IMG/VR virus record: IMGVR_UViG_3300029908_000004
Coordinates: 62,001-126,000 of that record
Strand: one strand, 5' to 3'
Length of the DNA stretch: 64,000 bases
This document shows, piece after piece, positions 49,775-60,964 of this stretch. The notes below the pieces were generated by a model. That model was not told the DNA's origin. It did no database searches and worked only from the letters and a program-made list of their open reading frames with translations. The stretch's first letter is position 1. Each line of letters begins with the position of its first letter. The position numbers and the translations under genes were made by a program.

Positions 49775-50288
49775 GGTTACAGTGATAGAAGTATTACCAC
49801 ACCACTGTTGGCACGAAGAAGCTGGAAATATTAAATGCTGTTATTGCGGGCTACTAGATACATTCCTCCCCAGCGAGGCTGCTGGAGGACATGGCCGATA
49901 TGCTATAAAGAATTCAATTAGAATTTATGAAAAGACGTTGTGTTCCGCCAGAATGACGGAAGAACAGAAGAAGCAACAACTCTTTGAGGATTGCTTAGTA
50001 CAGTCTATTAACCCACAGCTTATAACTAATCCATTTATTAGTTATACTCAACCTTATCAACAATTTATTTATAGTTCACCACAAGTTACTACTACTGAGG
50101 GTTTACTAACTTATGTACCTTACCTAACCGGCCAAGTGGAGTCTACTTTTACTGGAAACACAGAGAGTTTAGTACAGTACTTTTATACTTCTGGACTAGG
50201 AAACTCAATGTCTGGTGGGACAGCCTCATCAAACTTAGCATATAATCCAATCTATAATTTGGAAGCTAACGTTATAGACAATAAGTAA
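49758..50288 (+). CDS. hypothetical protein
   Basis: Cys/His N-terminus and Thr/Ser/Tyr-rich C-terminus. Confidence 0.55.
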   Translation: MIKFSRVTVIEVLPHHCWHEEAGNIKCCYCGLLDTFLPSEAAGGHGRYAIKNSIRIYEKTLCSARMTEEQKKQQLFEDCLVQSINPQLITNPFISYTQPYQQFIYSSPQVTTTEGLLTYVPYLTGQVESTFTGNTESLVQYFYTSGLGNSMSGGTASSNLAYNPIYNLEANVIDNK

Positions 50289-50337
50289 TAAACGAATAGA
50301 GCACGGAGAATAGATGTTTATCCTAAGTGGAGATAAT

Positions 50338-50667
50338 ATGACTATCAAGTATAGCAGGCGCGGCATATACAATCGGTTATACGGCTATCATTGTCCTATC
50401 TGTAGCGGTACCGGTAAGAAATTGGAATATGCACCGGATGAAGCATTAAATAATAATGGGGACACCTTTACTACTTATATTATGAAGCCATGCCCTTGTT
50501 ACGCTTGTGAGGGAACTGGAACTATAAGAAGTCAGACCCCTCCGAAGTTAACTCTGGAATCACCGAAGTTAACTCCTGAGGACACTCCATTTATAACAGG
50601 GATGCGTGCGCTTCGGATGGTTCGCGCCCAGCATGCCGCTGCTCTTGCCAGCCAGGTGCCTGAATAG
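50338..50667 (+). CDS. DnaJ-type zinc-finger protein
   Basis: CPICSGTGK and CYACEGTG (CxxCxGxG) repeats. Confidence 0.7.
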   Translation: MTIKYSRRGIYNRLYGYHCPICSGTGKKLEYAPDEALNNNGDTFTTYIMKPCPCYACEGTGTIRSQTPPKLTLESPKLTPEDTPFITGMRALRMVRAQHAAALASQVPE

Positions 50668-50953
50668 AATTGCGTAAGAATAGAACAAACATATTTAATA
50701 CTATTCCCTCTAATGTTAAAAGATGGACATATAGGTATGAGAAGAATGGCTATAATCTTGAACGACATTCAGATACTCTTATAGATTTAGTAACTATAGC
50801 TGTGGACGATTTGGAACAGAATAGAGCCATTCCTTTATCTATTCGGGCGGACTCAGTAGAGATAATGAATACACAGGACATAGCACTTGCTTGGTCAGAT
50901 AAATACTTAGAGGGAAGAAAACTCTCCTATTAACGTATACTAATAAGGTTTGT

Positions 50954-51691
50954 ATGGATAACGATTCAAAAACATCAGATAAAATAATCACTACTGATAC
51001 TAAAGCTCTAACTAGTTCAGCTTTTGATCTTCTTCCTATTAAACATATATCGCTTACATTAGAAGAAACAGATCGTGTTCAGAAACTACAAACAGCCTTA
51101 TTAGTATTAGGTCCAGCTGGAGGAAGTTGCCTTGTATGCCCCGGAAACCAGATAAACACACCACAAGATGAAAGATGCCCTTATTATTCTAAGTGTGAAT
51201 TATTAAAGATGAGAAAGGCTCCTCAAGGTGAGCTCTGCCCAATAGAAGCTAATTATATAGCCACTCGTTTTACTGATTGGGCAAAAGAACTTAATAGGAC
51301 TGTCGATCAACTAACAGAAACAGAAAGATGCTTTGTATCTGATCTAACTTGGATAGATACCCAAGCATTACGTTGTAACTCCATTGTGTCTGAAGCTGAA
51401 GCATCTAGATTAACACAATTAGACCCGAAGGAAACCCACCCAGAAACCGGTGAGATATTATCGTGGCAAAGAGTAGTACACGCTAATATGGCAAGATTAG
51501 ATATGTTAGTAACACAAAGAAGGATGCTTCTAAAAGATTGGATGTTGACCCCAGAACAGAAAGCAAAGCAAGCTAAATGGGAAGGGCGTACCGTAGGAAA
51601 TGATATTAGCAAGAAACAATCAGCCACTGCCGATAAGTTACGAGACTTAGGTATGACGATTGTTAATCAAGAAGAAAAAGAAGAAGAATAA
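50954..51691 (+). CDS. Cys-containing helical protein (candidate small terminase or late protein)
   Basis: CLVC..CPYYSKC..CPIE followed by a helical region; lies upstream in the packaging module; function inferred from position only. Confidence 0.45.
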   Translation: MDNDSKTSDKIITTDTKALTSSAFDLLPIKHISLTLEETDRVQKLQTALLVLGPAGGSCLVCPGNQINTPQDERCPYYSKCELLKMRKAPQGELCPIEANYIATRFTDWAKELNRTVDQLTETERCFVSDLTWIDTQALRCNSIVSEAEASRLTQLDPKETHPETGEILSWQRVVHANMARLDMLVTQRRMLLKDWMLTPEQKAKQAKWEGRTVGNDISKKQSATADKLRDLGMTIVNQEEKEEE

Positions 51692-51721
51692 GTTCCCCAC
51701 TAGGTCAGGGTATCCTGACCG

Positions 51722-52960
51722 ATGTACCCAGCCCAGGGTCAAAGCATCGATCCTGGGAATAATTTAAATAATATCATTAGAGGTGATATGGAACGTCAAA
51801 GCATCGAAATGAATATGAATGCTATGTTAGAGGATTCTAAGACTCTAGAAATCTCTGAGCTAGCTACAAAGTATGGTGTTTCTATACCTACAATGTACGC
51901 TTTCCTACAAGAATCTAAACCAGAAGTATTTAATTCTCACGTAATACAAGAGGCATCCCAAGTAATTAACACACCAAATATAACAGCTCCAGTACAATCT
52001 ACTGGGGTATACAAGTTTGGTACACCAGCGGGAACAAGAGGGGATAACCTCAAGAAAAAGAAGCCAATTAACTTATATACAGATAGTGACTTTGACGTTT
52101 ATTATAAACAGTATCGTGACTGGTTAGGTTGGTTCAAAGAACCCTCTCCAAAGGTGGTTCATCCAGTATCAAGTAACCAGTCGGAGTTAACAATTATAAT
52201 TGGTGACTTACACGTTCCATATCATCACGAAGAAGCATTAAAGTGGGCTATCAGTCGTACTAGCAAGAGAGCTAATAGACTTATCATAGGCGGGGATCTA
52301 GCAGATATGTTCTGGTGCTCTAAGTATATGAAGTTCGATCAGCATTTTACTCCAGTAGAAGAAATGAAGAGAGTTCAGGCTGTGCTAGTAGCGTTAAGTG
52401 AAGCTTACGAAGAGGTCATTCTAATGCGGGGCAACCATGATGATAGATTTATTAAATATTTACTAAGACAGGGTATTAAGCCAGAGGCTATGGAAGTATT
52501 CAAATACATCTATGGTGCACACGCTATGCATCCTATTTATGTATTAGCGCACGGCTTACCTAATGTAAAAGTAATTGAACCATTAAATAAAGACTACGCA
52601 GAGTTTAGTTATTTGTACCAGCATGGCGATTGTGTTGTAAGTCACGCTGAGAAGTTTTCACAGCAACCTAACAAAGTGGCAGAAGACATGATTAAGACAT
52701 TAATGAGCTATCATGTTCCTGCTGGTATTATCAAACCATTTAACGTAGTAGTTCAATGTCATACACACATGGCAGGAAAGACTTGGGGAGACTTTGGTAA
52801 GATTGGTATCGAGAACGGTTGTATGGCAATGATACCAGATTACTCAGGTAACGCCAAATTACTTCCTCGCCGTCCACCAGTATTAGGCTATACAGAATTA
52901 TGGCAATACGCCGGCATCTCGGATTTAGAGAGAACCAACTTTGTACCATATCAAAGATAG
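51722..52960 (+). CDS. calcineurin-like metallophosphoesterase with N-terminal HTH
   Basis: GDLH, GGDLAD, GNHDDR, SH and HTH motifs; ISELATKYGVSIPTMY HTH. Confidence 0.88.
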   Translation: MYPAQGQSIDPGNNLNNIIRGDMERQSIEMNMNAMLEDSKTLEISELATKYGVSIPTMYAFLQESKPEVFNSHVIQEASQVINTPNITAPVQSTGVYKFGTPAGTRGDNLKKKKPINLYTDSDFDVYYKQYRDWLGWFKEPSPKVVHPVSSNQSELTIIIGDLHVPYHHEEALKWAISRTSKRANRLIIGGDLADMFWCSKYMKFDQHFTPVEEMKRVQAVLVALSEAYEEVILMRGNHDDRFIKYLLRQGIKPEAMEVFKYIYGAHAMHPIYVLAHGLPNVKVIEPLNKDYAEFSYLYQHGDCVVSHAEKFSQQPNKVAEDMIKTLMSYHVPAGIIKPFNVVVQCHTHMAGKTWGDFGKIGIENGCMAMIPDYSGNAKLLPRRPPVLGYTELWQYAGISDLERTNFVPYQR

Positions 52961-52970
52961 AGGAGAATAA

Positions 52971-53246
52971 GTGTCATCAAATCCAAATTTATCACTTCAG
53001 ACTTTATTGCTAGAACAAATGGCGGCAAAGAATATCTCGTCAGATTCAGCACAAGGTAAAGCTTACCTATCTCAATTAGGTTTACTACAAACACCGTCAG
53101 GTGGTGGTGTACCTATTAACCCAGATGATGGGGAAACTACGATTAGTAGCACCGTTGTTAAGATGACGAGTCTACCAGTAGAAGATCCAAAAGTAGTCGG
53201 ACAATTGTGGAATAACTCAGGTGTCTTAACCGTATCAGCCGGCTAA
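52971..53246 (+). CDS. small virion-associated protein
   Basis: C-terminal LPVEDPKVVGQLWNNSGVLTVSAG motif seen in phage fibre/structural proteins. Confidence 0.55.
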   Translation: MSSNPNLSLQTLLLEQMAAKNISSDSAQGKAYLSQLGLLQTPSGGGVPINPDDGETTISSTVVKMTSLPVEDPKVVGQLWNNSGVLTVSAG

Positions 53247-53260
53247 ATAGGAGGTGGATT

Positions 53261-53620
53261 ATGATAGATCCACCAGTAACAAGATGTAAAGTCTCTAAGA
53301 TACCAAAAGAAATTAAAGTAGGGGCTCACGTATATAAAATTCGCTTAGTAGCAGGGTTAGAAGAAGAAGGGGTCAAAGCTAACGGTATGTTAGATTCTGA
53401 CGCCTGTGAAATTCTGCTACTAAGAAGCCTTACTCATACAAAGATGCAAGAGATACTTTTACACGAAACTCTGCATGCTATATTCTACGCCATTCCAAAC
53501 AAATCAAACATACTTGAAGAAGAGGAGTTTGTCACCCACGCATCTCCTCATCTATTACAGGTATTACAAGAAAATCCTAAGCTAGTAGAATACCTTTCTA
53601 CTAAATCATCCTTTCTATAA
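53261..53620 (+). CDS. HExxH zinc metallopeptidase-like protein
   Basis: ILLHETLHAI plus downstream EEEFV. Confidence 0.8.
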   Translation: MIDPPVTRCKVSKIPKEIKVGAHVYKIRLVAGLEEEGVKANGMLDSDACEILLLRSLTHTKMQEILLHETLHAIFYAIPNKSNILEEEEFVTHASPHLLQVLQENPKLVEYLSTKSSFL

Positions 53621-53629
53621 GGGACTACT

Positions 53630-54562
53630 TTGTTCAAATCAGAAAATAAGCAGCAGTCTACACAGACTAGGTCTCAATACTTCTGGGGTAAGTTTGAAGT
53701 ATTTGAACCTTTTACTGCCGTGGCTGAATTGGCTCACGACTTCTTCTCGCATTTACATGGTGAAGAAAGCACCTTAGGAGGAATGCTTAAAAGTCAAGCT
53801 ATTGCAGCTGGGGTAACTCTTGGTGCGGCTGCTCTTACAACTGCTGTCTTTTATAATAAGGACAAAGTAGTAAACAGCCATAAACAGAAGAATATAGCAA
53901 GAGCTGCTGCTGCAGGTATAGTTGTTGCTGGTGGGGCTGCTACCTATTACTATTTAACACATAAAAAAGATAAATCATCTTCATCTTCGTCTCGTCCATT
54001 TTCTTCTAATAACGGCGTTGTAATACCCCCTCCACCAAAACCATCAGCACCTAGTAGTCCTAATACAACACAAACAATACAAGGTGAATGGAAAGAAGCT
54101 CCATTTGAAAAACCACCTATAAGGTTACTAGAACCTCCAAAACCTACTATAGTAAGCCCTACTATAGGAGGAGGAACTATAGCAGCAGCTCAAGAAGATA
54201 CTAACTTCTTCGGGCAGGCTCAAGCAGAATTCAAAGAAACATATTCTTCTAGAGTAGCTAAGAGGGCACAAGAATTAAAAGAATTACATACACTTCGAAA
54301 ATCAAGAGTATTACATAAGCCTTCAGTATTCACTTCTATTGACGAAGCAGGTTTAATGACTGCTAAGTCTATTGCTAGGGAGGCCCATCTAGCTCCGGGC
54401 CGTGGGCGCACCAAAACTGATATTATTGCTGCATTCAAACAAGCCAAAGATTCAGCAGTTGTTAAAGCTTCAATGAAGAACGGTGAGACTGCTTCAAGAG
54501 TAGGAACGGGTATAAGGAATTTAATAACTAAAGGCTCTCGCGTATTAAAAGGTCTGTTATAA
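53630..54562 (+). CDS. membrane-anchored hypothetical protein
   Basis: Two Ala/Gly TM segments and a Pro/Ser linker. Confidence 0.6.
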   Translation: MFKSENKQQSTQTRSQYFWGKFEVFEPFTAVAELAHDFFSHLHGEESTLGGMLKSQAIAAGVTLGAAALTTAVFYNKDKVVNSHKQKNIARAAAAGIVVAGGAATYYYLTHKKDKSSSSSSRPFSSNNGVVIPPPPKPSAPSSPNTTQTIQGEWKEAPFEKPPIRLLEPPKPTIVSPTIGGGTIAAAQEDTNFFGQAQAEFKETYSSRVAKRAQELKELHTLRKSRVLHKPSVFTSIDEAGLMTAKSIAREAHLAPGRGRTKTDIIAAFKQAKDSAVVKASMKNGETASRVGTGIRNLITKGSRVLKGLL

Positions 54563-54591
54563 CTGTATACTAAACAGAACAAAGGAACATA

Positions 54592-55428
54592 ATGGCAAAT
54601 TGGTTTACAGCACTTCCTGAATTAGTGAAACCTCTGAAAAACCCATATATGTGGGGCGCTTTGGCCGGTACAACGGCTGGGGTATTTATGGGTGCGAGTA
54701 AAACAGATGAAGACGGTAAGCCATTAGGTCTAGTTGGAAAAGCAGCAAATGCAACAGTCACTGGGCTTGCTATGGGTGCTGTAGCAACCGCTGGTGTATT
54801 TGCTTTTAAGCATCGTCCGACATTTGAAGGACAAAGCTCAGCAGCTGTAGCTATGAACCGTCCGTTTCCTATGGTAGATGTTAAAATGCCTAATATGGAG
54901 GGGAAAACCTTCGAAGAATCTATTGATGCGATAAATGGGGCAGCGAAAAGGGCACGAACCGTTGCTAATCGTATGGCATCTAATAGTAAAGTAGGTATTA
55001 CTTATAATCAAGCTTTAAAAGAAGCTACTAGTCCAATAGCATCTAGGTTAGGTAGGTCTTCTTCTATGTTTGCTATGGCAGGAATTGGAGCTGGAATTGG
55101 TGCTTTAGTTGATAAGAAAGATAGAGGTAGAGGGGCGGCAATTGGGGCTGTAGCGGGTGCTGGCTTATCTTTAGCAGCTAGAGGAGCAGCGAATATGAAA
55201 GTTATGCCACGAATCCAAAAGACTGTAGTGAAAGGTGGTTTGCTTGCAACAGCTTTATTATTGGGGGCAGGGGCTATACTTTCACGTTCGATGAGTAATA
55301 GGGCTCCTGTATCACAAGAAGCATCACAAGAGGAATCAGAGGAATACAACTATTCCAGAAGATTACAAACTATAAACGCCACTGGCAGTATAGTAATGGG
55401 TTTACACGGAGGTAGACATGGCAGCTAG
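54592..55428 (+). CDS. glycine-zipper membrane protein (possible internal virion/ejection protein)
   Basis: GxxxG repeats (AGIGAGIGAL, GAAIGAVAGAG). Confidence 0.65.
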   Translation: MANWFTALPELVKPLKNPYMWGALAGTTAGVFMGASKTDEDGKPLGLVGKAANATVTGLAMGAVATAGVFAFKHRPTFEGQSSAAVAMNRPFPMVDVKMPNMEGKTFEESIDAINGAAKRARTVANRMASNSKVGITYNQALKEATSPIASRLGRSSSMFAMAGIGAGIGALVDKKDRGRGAAIGAVAGAGLSLAARGAANMKVMPRIQKTVVKGGLLATALLLGAGAILSRSMSNRAPVSQEASQEESEEYNYSRRLQTINATGSIVMGLHGGRHGS

Positions 55429-56023
55429 TCCTTTTCCAAAACCACCAATTAGACCAGATAGCGCAGCAGAGCGCGAAGCATTAAATATCCCGTATAGTTC
55501 AGCAGAGTTAGAAACACTCAATGTTTGGAAGTACGACCCACGAATAGGTATGAGTGGATTCGGCAAGCTGAAGTATGGTGCAAAGAGGGGTTGGCGTATG
55601 GGAGCTATGGGCGGTGGTTTAATGAACACTGCGATGATTGGCTTACAAATGGCGACTGCTCAGAGGGGAGAGGTTATCCCAACTCTTACTACAGGTGTAG
55701 TAGGTATTGTTACATATGGTGTCATATCTTCAATGATAACTGCTGGATTAATGTTGATCCCCGGGATTAATGTAGGTGTAGCTACTTACTTAGCATTAGG
55801 TTTAGCTATCCCTCCAGAAATGAAGCTAGAAGCTAAGATGATGAATGGTATGAAATTTCTTAGTGGAGCGGGTCAACAGATAAGAGCTTTACACATGGGT
55901 GGTGGGTACAATGACACCGATAACGCAATCGGACGTCGTAGAGAAGCTATTATGGAAATGAGCGGAGCGTCAATGCCCTACAGACGTTATTTAGGACAAG
56001 AAGCTAAATTTCTACACAGATAA
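55418..56023 (+). CDS. membrane protein
   Basis: Hydrophobic Gly-rich segments; overlaps the previous stop. Confidence 0.65.
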   Translation: MAASPFPKPPIRPDSAAEREALNIPYSSAELETLNVWKYDPRIGMSGFGKLKYGAKRGWRMGAMGGGLMNTAMIGLQMATAQRGEVIPTLTTGVVGIVTYGVISSMITAGLMLIPGINVGVATYLALGLAIPPEMKLEAKMMNGMKFLSGAGQQIRALHMGGGYNDTDNAIGRRREAIMEMSGASMPYRRYLGQEAKFLHR

Positions 56024-56038
56024 AACAAAAGGAGCAAC

Positions 56039-56521
56039 ATGCCAAGCAATAGTAATTCAATTAATCCAAAAACTCTTACACACTCCCCGAGTCCGATATA
56101 TGGTATTCCTTATGGATTCAATATATCTGACCTACCTAGTGTTGGTTTGGCTCAACCTATACCAACTCTAGCTGCTGTTAGCACAGCTACAGTATCTGCT
56201 GAATTAAATATACAAGCAAGATCTATTGAAATAGATGTAGCATTTAGTGCACCATTAGCTACCTGTCAGATTGATGTATATTCTGCTGCTGATGGTTATA
56301 CACAATCCCTATTTACTGCGACGGCTTCACAAGTAGAGAAACCAGCTACAGGAACAAATTTGGACCCATTACCCCCAGATAACACAGATAACTTATTGCC
56401 TTCAACTACTATATTTGTAGGCAACTTCGAAAATATAAATCTTAATGGGGCGCCTGTTAAGATAAAGGTATCTAATGTTTCAGCTGGAACAGTAACTGTA
56501 GCCTATCGTCTAACGAGTTAA
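56039..56521 (+). CDS. putative structural protein
   Basis: Beta-rich 160-aa ORF with AAGGAG RBS. Confidence 0.6.
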   Translation: MPSNSNSINPKTLTHSPSPIYGIPYGFNISDLPSVGLAQPIPTLAAVSTATVSAELNIQARSIEIDVAFSAPLATCQIDVYSAADGYTQSLFTATASQVEKPATGTNLDPLPPDNTDNLLPSTTIFVGNFENINLNGAPVKIKVSNVSAGTVTVAYRLTS

Positions 56522-56523
56522 TT

Positions 56524-58551
56524 ATGAGTGAGAAAGTAGATATAACTTTAGATAGTTTCTTATCTGAGGTTAATAAAAGAAATACAAACAAGGATGGAAG
56601 CGAGAGAGACCCTAGATTGCTCGAACGCTTCCAGAACCCTATATGTCAGGATTGTCACGCCCGATATAAAGAGAAGTACCCGGGTATTCCGTTCAAGATT
56701 AAGTGTAATGGTGTTTATGATGATCCCGATTATGTAATTATAAGGGAGAAGTGGAAAGAAACTTATCCAGATGAGGAACCACCAGATTTAGAGACTATTA
56801 AAGAAATTACTGATCCGTCTTACTGGGCGAGAAAACATATCTATAGAAAAGATCATAGAGGTGACTTGGTTCCTTTCGTTCCTCGTTGGTATCAGGAATG
56901 GATTCTTCGTTGTACAGCAATGCAGAAAGTTGATAGATGTGGTAGGGGCACCGGGAAAACTACTGTAGGTGTAATTGAAGAATTACATAAAGCTATCACT
57001 AGAAAGAATTATGATATCCTTGTTGTAAGCCCTGCTGATTCACAGTCAGAAAAATGGTTCACTGAGATTCTAGTGCAAGTAGAAAACTCTCCATCATTGA
57101 GAGAAGCTCTAGCCCAGAAGAAGCAACAGCCTTATAAAATATTTAGATTTAATAATGGGTCTACTATCTCCATCTTCACTGCGGGTTCCGCTTCAGGTCG
57201 TGGTGCTGATTCTATTCGTTCTCAATCGCCTAGACGTGTTCGTTGCGAGGAGCAGGACTATCTAGCAGAAAAAGATTGGGGAGCGATAGAACCTCTTCTA
57301 AATAGATATTCAGATTCTGAGTTCCATGGAGCTTCAACCCCTACTGGTTCACGTAATAAGTTCTGGAACATGTGTACCAAATATCCTAGATATAAAGAAT
57401 TCTATTTCCCAGTTACTGTTCTTCCAGACTGGAGTCCAGAGAAAGAAGAACAGTGTATTTTAGAAGCTAAAACCATGGATAGATATCGCCATGAATATTT
57501 AGCTGAATTTGGTGACCCCACACAAGGTGTATTCAAAGGCATCTTCGTAGATAGAGCAAAAGGGGTATATGAAGACCCACAACATCCACACACTAAAGGA
57601 TATGATACTTGTCAGTATGACCCAAACCTAAGGTACTTTATGGGCGTGGATTGGAATGGTGAAGGTACTGGTACCCGTATACGTGTATTGTCTTATGACA
57701 CAATTAGTAGAATAAGACGTTGTGTAACAGCACATACTGTAGATGAAGCTACTTGGACAGTTAATAAGTCTATTGATGCTATTCAGATATTAAATAAGAA
57801 GTGGCATTGTGAAAAGGTATTTATAGACAGGGGTTATGGTCAGGCACAAGACGAAATGATTCGTATGCGAGGAGTAACAGCTCCCCCAACTGATGCAGAT
57901 ACCCGTAGACTTCGAGATATAATAGCCATAGACTTCGGTGCTAAATTAATAACTAATAAACTTGTTCCATTAAGAGATCCTAACTCTAAGTACTTACCCG
58001 AAGACAAGAATGAACTAGAACGCCCAACTAAGCCGTTTATGGTTGAAGGCGCTGTAATGGCTATAGAAACAGGTCTTGTTACATTCTGGCAAGGGGACTC
58101 TTTATTGGATGAACAATTAAGAGCTTACAGAGTAAAGAACTGGTCAGCACACGGGTATCCGTCTTCTTATGAAGTAGAAGGAGACTGTGGAGACCACGAT
58201 TTAGACGCGTTCATGCTGGCACTCCTAGCAATTGAAATGACGTATGGTATGTTCAAGACTCCAGAAGAATTAAAAAAGTGGACTCAAATTGTATATGTTG
58301 GAAACTTCGGAGCTAATATGGGATTCGGTAAGTCCTCTTCTGATCCAATGAATAAGAAGAGAGAAGACGCAGGCATCCCTAACAGAACACAACCAACAAC
58401 TACTTCTCCGAAAGATGAATATAGATTAATGTATCTAATGAAGAGTGGGTCTTTAATTGCCCCCGCTAGAAGTAGTTCTGGTAGAATGCAAACAGGATCG
58501 AGAACAAGCATATTTAGAAAATCCCCAGGTAATAAAGATAGGAATTATTAA
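56524..58551 (+). CDS. terL: terminase large subunit
   Basis: PRWYQ Q-motif, Walker A GRGTGKT, Walker B-like RVRCEEQD, motif III ASTP, nuclease MGVDWN, FIDRGYG, DHDLDA. Confidence 0.92.
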   Translation: MSEKVDITLDSFLSEVNKRNTNKDGSERDPRLLERFQNPICQDCHARYKEKYPGIPFKIKCNGVYDDPDYVIIREKWKETYPDEEPPDLETIKEITDPSYWARKHIYRKDHRGDLVPFVPRWYQEWILRCTAMQKVDRCGRGTGKTTVGVIEELHKAITRKNYDILVVSPADSQSEKWFTEILVQVENSPSLREALAQKKQQPYKIFRFNNGSTISIFTAGSASGRGADSIRSQSPRRVRCEEQDYLAEKDWGAIEPLLNRYSDSEFHGASTPTGSRNKFWNMCTKYPRYKEFYFPVTVLPDWSPEKEEQCILEAKTMDRYRHEYLAEFGDPTQGVFKGIFVDRAKGVYEDPQHPHTKGYDTCQYDPNLRYFMGVDWNGEGTGTRIRVLSYDTISRIRRCVTAHTVDEATWTVNKSIDAIQILNKKWHCEKVFIDRGYGQAQDEMIRMRGVTAPPTDADTRRLRDIIAIDFGAKLITNKLVPLRDPNSKYLPEDKNELERPTKPFMVEGAVMAIETGLVTFWQGDSLLDEQLRAYRVKNWSAHGYPSSYEVEGDCGDHDLDAFMLALLAIEMTYGMFKTPEELKKWTQIVYVGNFGANMGFGKSSSDPMNKKREDAGIPNRTQPTTTSPKDEYRLMYLMKSGSLIAPARSSSGRMQTGSRTSIFRKSPGNKDRNY

Positions 58552-59381
58552 TGGCAATTAACATTCCAGGTCTTACTGATATTAATGGTATATCTATACC
58601 TATTGTTTCCAAAGCCTCTCAATGGAGAGGTCAACAACAATTACAGTATGCCTCTATAATAAATTATATCAAGAATGATTTCCATGGGTTAAGCGACTTC
58701 CAAACGGAGATGACTATATATTCATCTACGCATCCAATACTCGCTAAAGCGTGGAGTACCATATCTAGTATGGTTCCTGTTAATGCTCAAGTATCTTTAC
58801 AAATGTACTATGATATACTGATGGGACCAGTTGGTAACGCCTTCTTGAATATGATTGGATTTGGGACGGTGTTTGCGGCTTCACCGTTAACACAAATCAC
58901 TAATGAAGCAACTAATACAGTGTCTAGTGTAGTAAGTAGCGCGGCTAGTACAGCTTCTAGTAGTGGTTCAACTGGATCAACACTTGGAGTAGTAGCTAGC
59001 ACAGCAGCTCAATTAGCACCTGCTGCTTCTATTATTGGATCGGCACCTTCTGCGATCAACGCACCAGTTCCAGTAGCAGGTATAACCTCACCAACTGATA
59101 CTGGTACAGGTATGGGCGGAACAACTTCTACCACTTCTCCAATAAATGCTAATCAAGTAGCTGGTGTACCTATCAGTGGGGTACCAACTACAGCTGGGCA
59201 ATATCTAGGTTATACCGGACAACAGCTTTCTTGGACTAATCCGATAACAATATTACCAATAACTACTGGTGCCCCAACAACTCCCGCTCCACAGGTAGGC
59301 AGTATGATGTTAGATACCTCTGGAAATTACATTTGGGTATATGCCAATAGTGCTTGGAAAAAAGTGGAGCTGACTTCTTAG
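58551..59381 (+). CDS. putative virion structural protein
   Basis: Ser/Thr/Ala/Gly-rich; C-terminal DTSGNYIWVYANSAWKKV fibre-like motif. Confidence 0.65.
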   Translation: MAINIPGLTDINGISIPIVSKASQWRGQQQLQYASIINYIKNDFHGLSDFQTEMTIYSSTHPILAKAWSTISSMVPVNAQVSLQMYYDILMGPVGNAFLNMIGFGTVFAASPLTQITNEATNTVSSVVSSAASTASSSGSTGSTLGVVASTAAQLAPAASIIGSAPSAINAPVPVAGITSPTDTGTGMGGTTSTTSPINANQVAGVPISGVPTTAGQYLGYTGQQLSWTNPITILPITTGAPTTPAPQVGSMMLDTSGNYIWVYANSAWKKVELTS

Positions 59382-59388
59382 AGAATCT

Positions 59389-60957
59389 ATGTCATTCGAA
59401 CCAATTAAGTTTATATATAACCCGCCTAGGACTATTGAAGCCCCTTTACCTGAGGCATCGTCTTATGTTCCTAATACGACGACGAATAACCCGAATGTTT
59501 ATCCAGTAAGCACTGCTACTAATGCTGCTACTAGCTTTGCTGTGTCTTTGATATCTAGGTATAATGGACTAGCTGCAACTTCTAGTTATCTACAGCAAGT
59601 TATATTACAGCAGACACAAGATACACCTATAACTATAGATTTTGATGTGGATCCTGATGCTTCTAGAGCTATGATAGGGTTGTTTGGTACCCCAAATCCT
59701 TCGAACACAGTAACGGTAAAAACATATTCACAGATGTTAGATTCACAATTGGGTGCCACAATGGCAGATATGCAATTGGGCAGTAATAGCCCTTTCGTGA
59801 CTAGTCCATATCAGAACGCTAATATACTGACGCTAACTCAGTCTATAGAACAGAATCTACAGAGTCAAGGCACGTATTCTTCTATATTACCAACGATGCT
59901 ACGTAATCTTAAGGGTGACCAAGTTATATTCCAAAGCATAGCACAAACATTACAGAGTTATCCTGTAGTACAATACGATCAATATCAAGCTTCCCAATTG
60001 GCGAATCCAAGTACTAACACCTCTATTATACCTGCATCGAGTTTAGATGTGTCGCCCCCTCTTAATTCATATTTAAATGATTATGCTGATAGATACTCCA
60101 CAGCTTACGCTGGGACATATCAACTTGTATCTGGCATAAATGCTGTAGAGGGCGATATAAACAATGTATTGTCACAGTATTTTAATACTGCCATTTCTGA
60201 ATTAAATATGATAACATCTTTATTAAGTGCTGCTCAAACACTGACGAGTTTGACTAGATTACAGGATATGGCTGATGATTTATTAGGGTTTGCTTTCGTA
60301 AGATTACAATGCGAAGCTTTTACATTTATGAGTTTATTTAATAGACTTATGAATATAACTGTTATTCCATTTCAACAAGCTAATGGCATTCTTCATAAAT
60401 TATCTTCTGCAATATCAGGCATCGCTTCAAAGTTAGGCACACAAACAGTAGGTGGATTAAAGGGGATGATTCAAGGGAGTAGCTGTTCCACCAGATCTAA
60501 TTCTTCTGTTTACGCGCAAGTAAGGGGCTTACAAATCCCGGGGCTACATAACGTCACAGCTGGGTTAGCATCCTTAGGTTCACATTTAGCTTGGGCTGAA
60601 TCAGAGGTAATGAAGGGCGAAGAAGAACTTATGAAACAGTTCCGTAGGTTATGTGAACGTAGAATAAATGCTTCTGGTGATATGTTAGAGCTAATGTGTT
60701 CACTTAAATCTATACAAACATTAGTATCCTTTGGTAAGGCTATCGCCTCTCAACCACAAAGTTTAGCGCCAACCCAACAAACACAACCTAGCACAATAAC
60801 TAATATACTATCTAATATTAGTGTAGGTACCGGAACTACATATAGTGTTAGTAATGGGTCAGTTATAGCTTCTCCACCAAACGTGCCCCCAATACCACCA
60901 ACTGTCGCTTCTGTGTTCGCAACCGGTGGATTAAAACAGCTAAATCTGTCTAGTTAG
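59389..60957 (+). CDS. putative virion structural protein
   Basis: 522-aa ORF between terminase and portal. Confidence 0.65.
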   Translation: MSFEPIKFIYNPPRTIEAPLPEASSYVPNTTTNNPNVYPVSTATNAATSFAVSLISRYNGLAATSSYLQQVILQQTQDTPITIDFDVDPDASRAMIGLFGTPNPSNTVTVKTYSQMLDSQLGATMADMQLGSNSPFVTSPYQNANILTLTQSIEQNLQSQGTYSSILPTMLRNLKGDQVIFQSIAQTLQSYPVVQYDQYQASQLANPSTNTSIIPASSLDVSPPLNSYLNDYADRYSTAYAGTYQLVSGINAVEGDINNVLSQYFNTAISELNMITSLLSAAQTLTSLTRLQDMADDLLGFAFVRLQCEAFTFMSLFNRLMNITVIPFQQANGILHKLSSAISGIASKLGTQTVGGLKGMIQGSSCSTRSNSSVYAQVRGLQIPGLHNVTAGLASLGSHLAWAESEVMKGEEELMKQFRRLCERRINASGDMLELMCSLKSIQTLVSFGKAIASQPQSLAPTQQTQPSTITNILSNISVGTGTTYSVSNGSVIASPPNVPPIPPTVASVFATGGLKQLNLSS

Positions 60958-60964
60958 GAAATCA

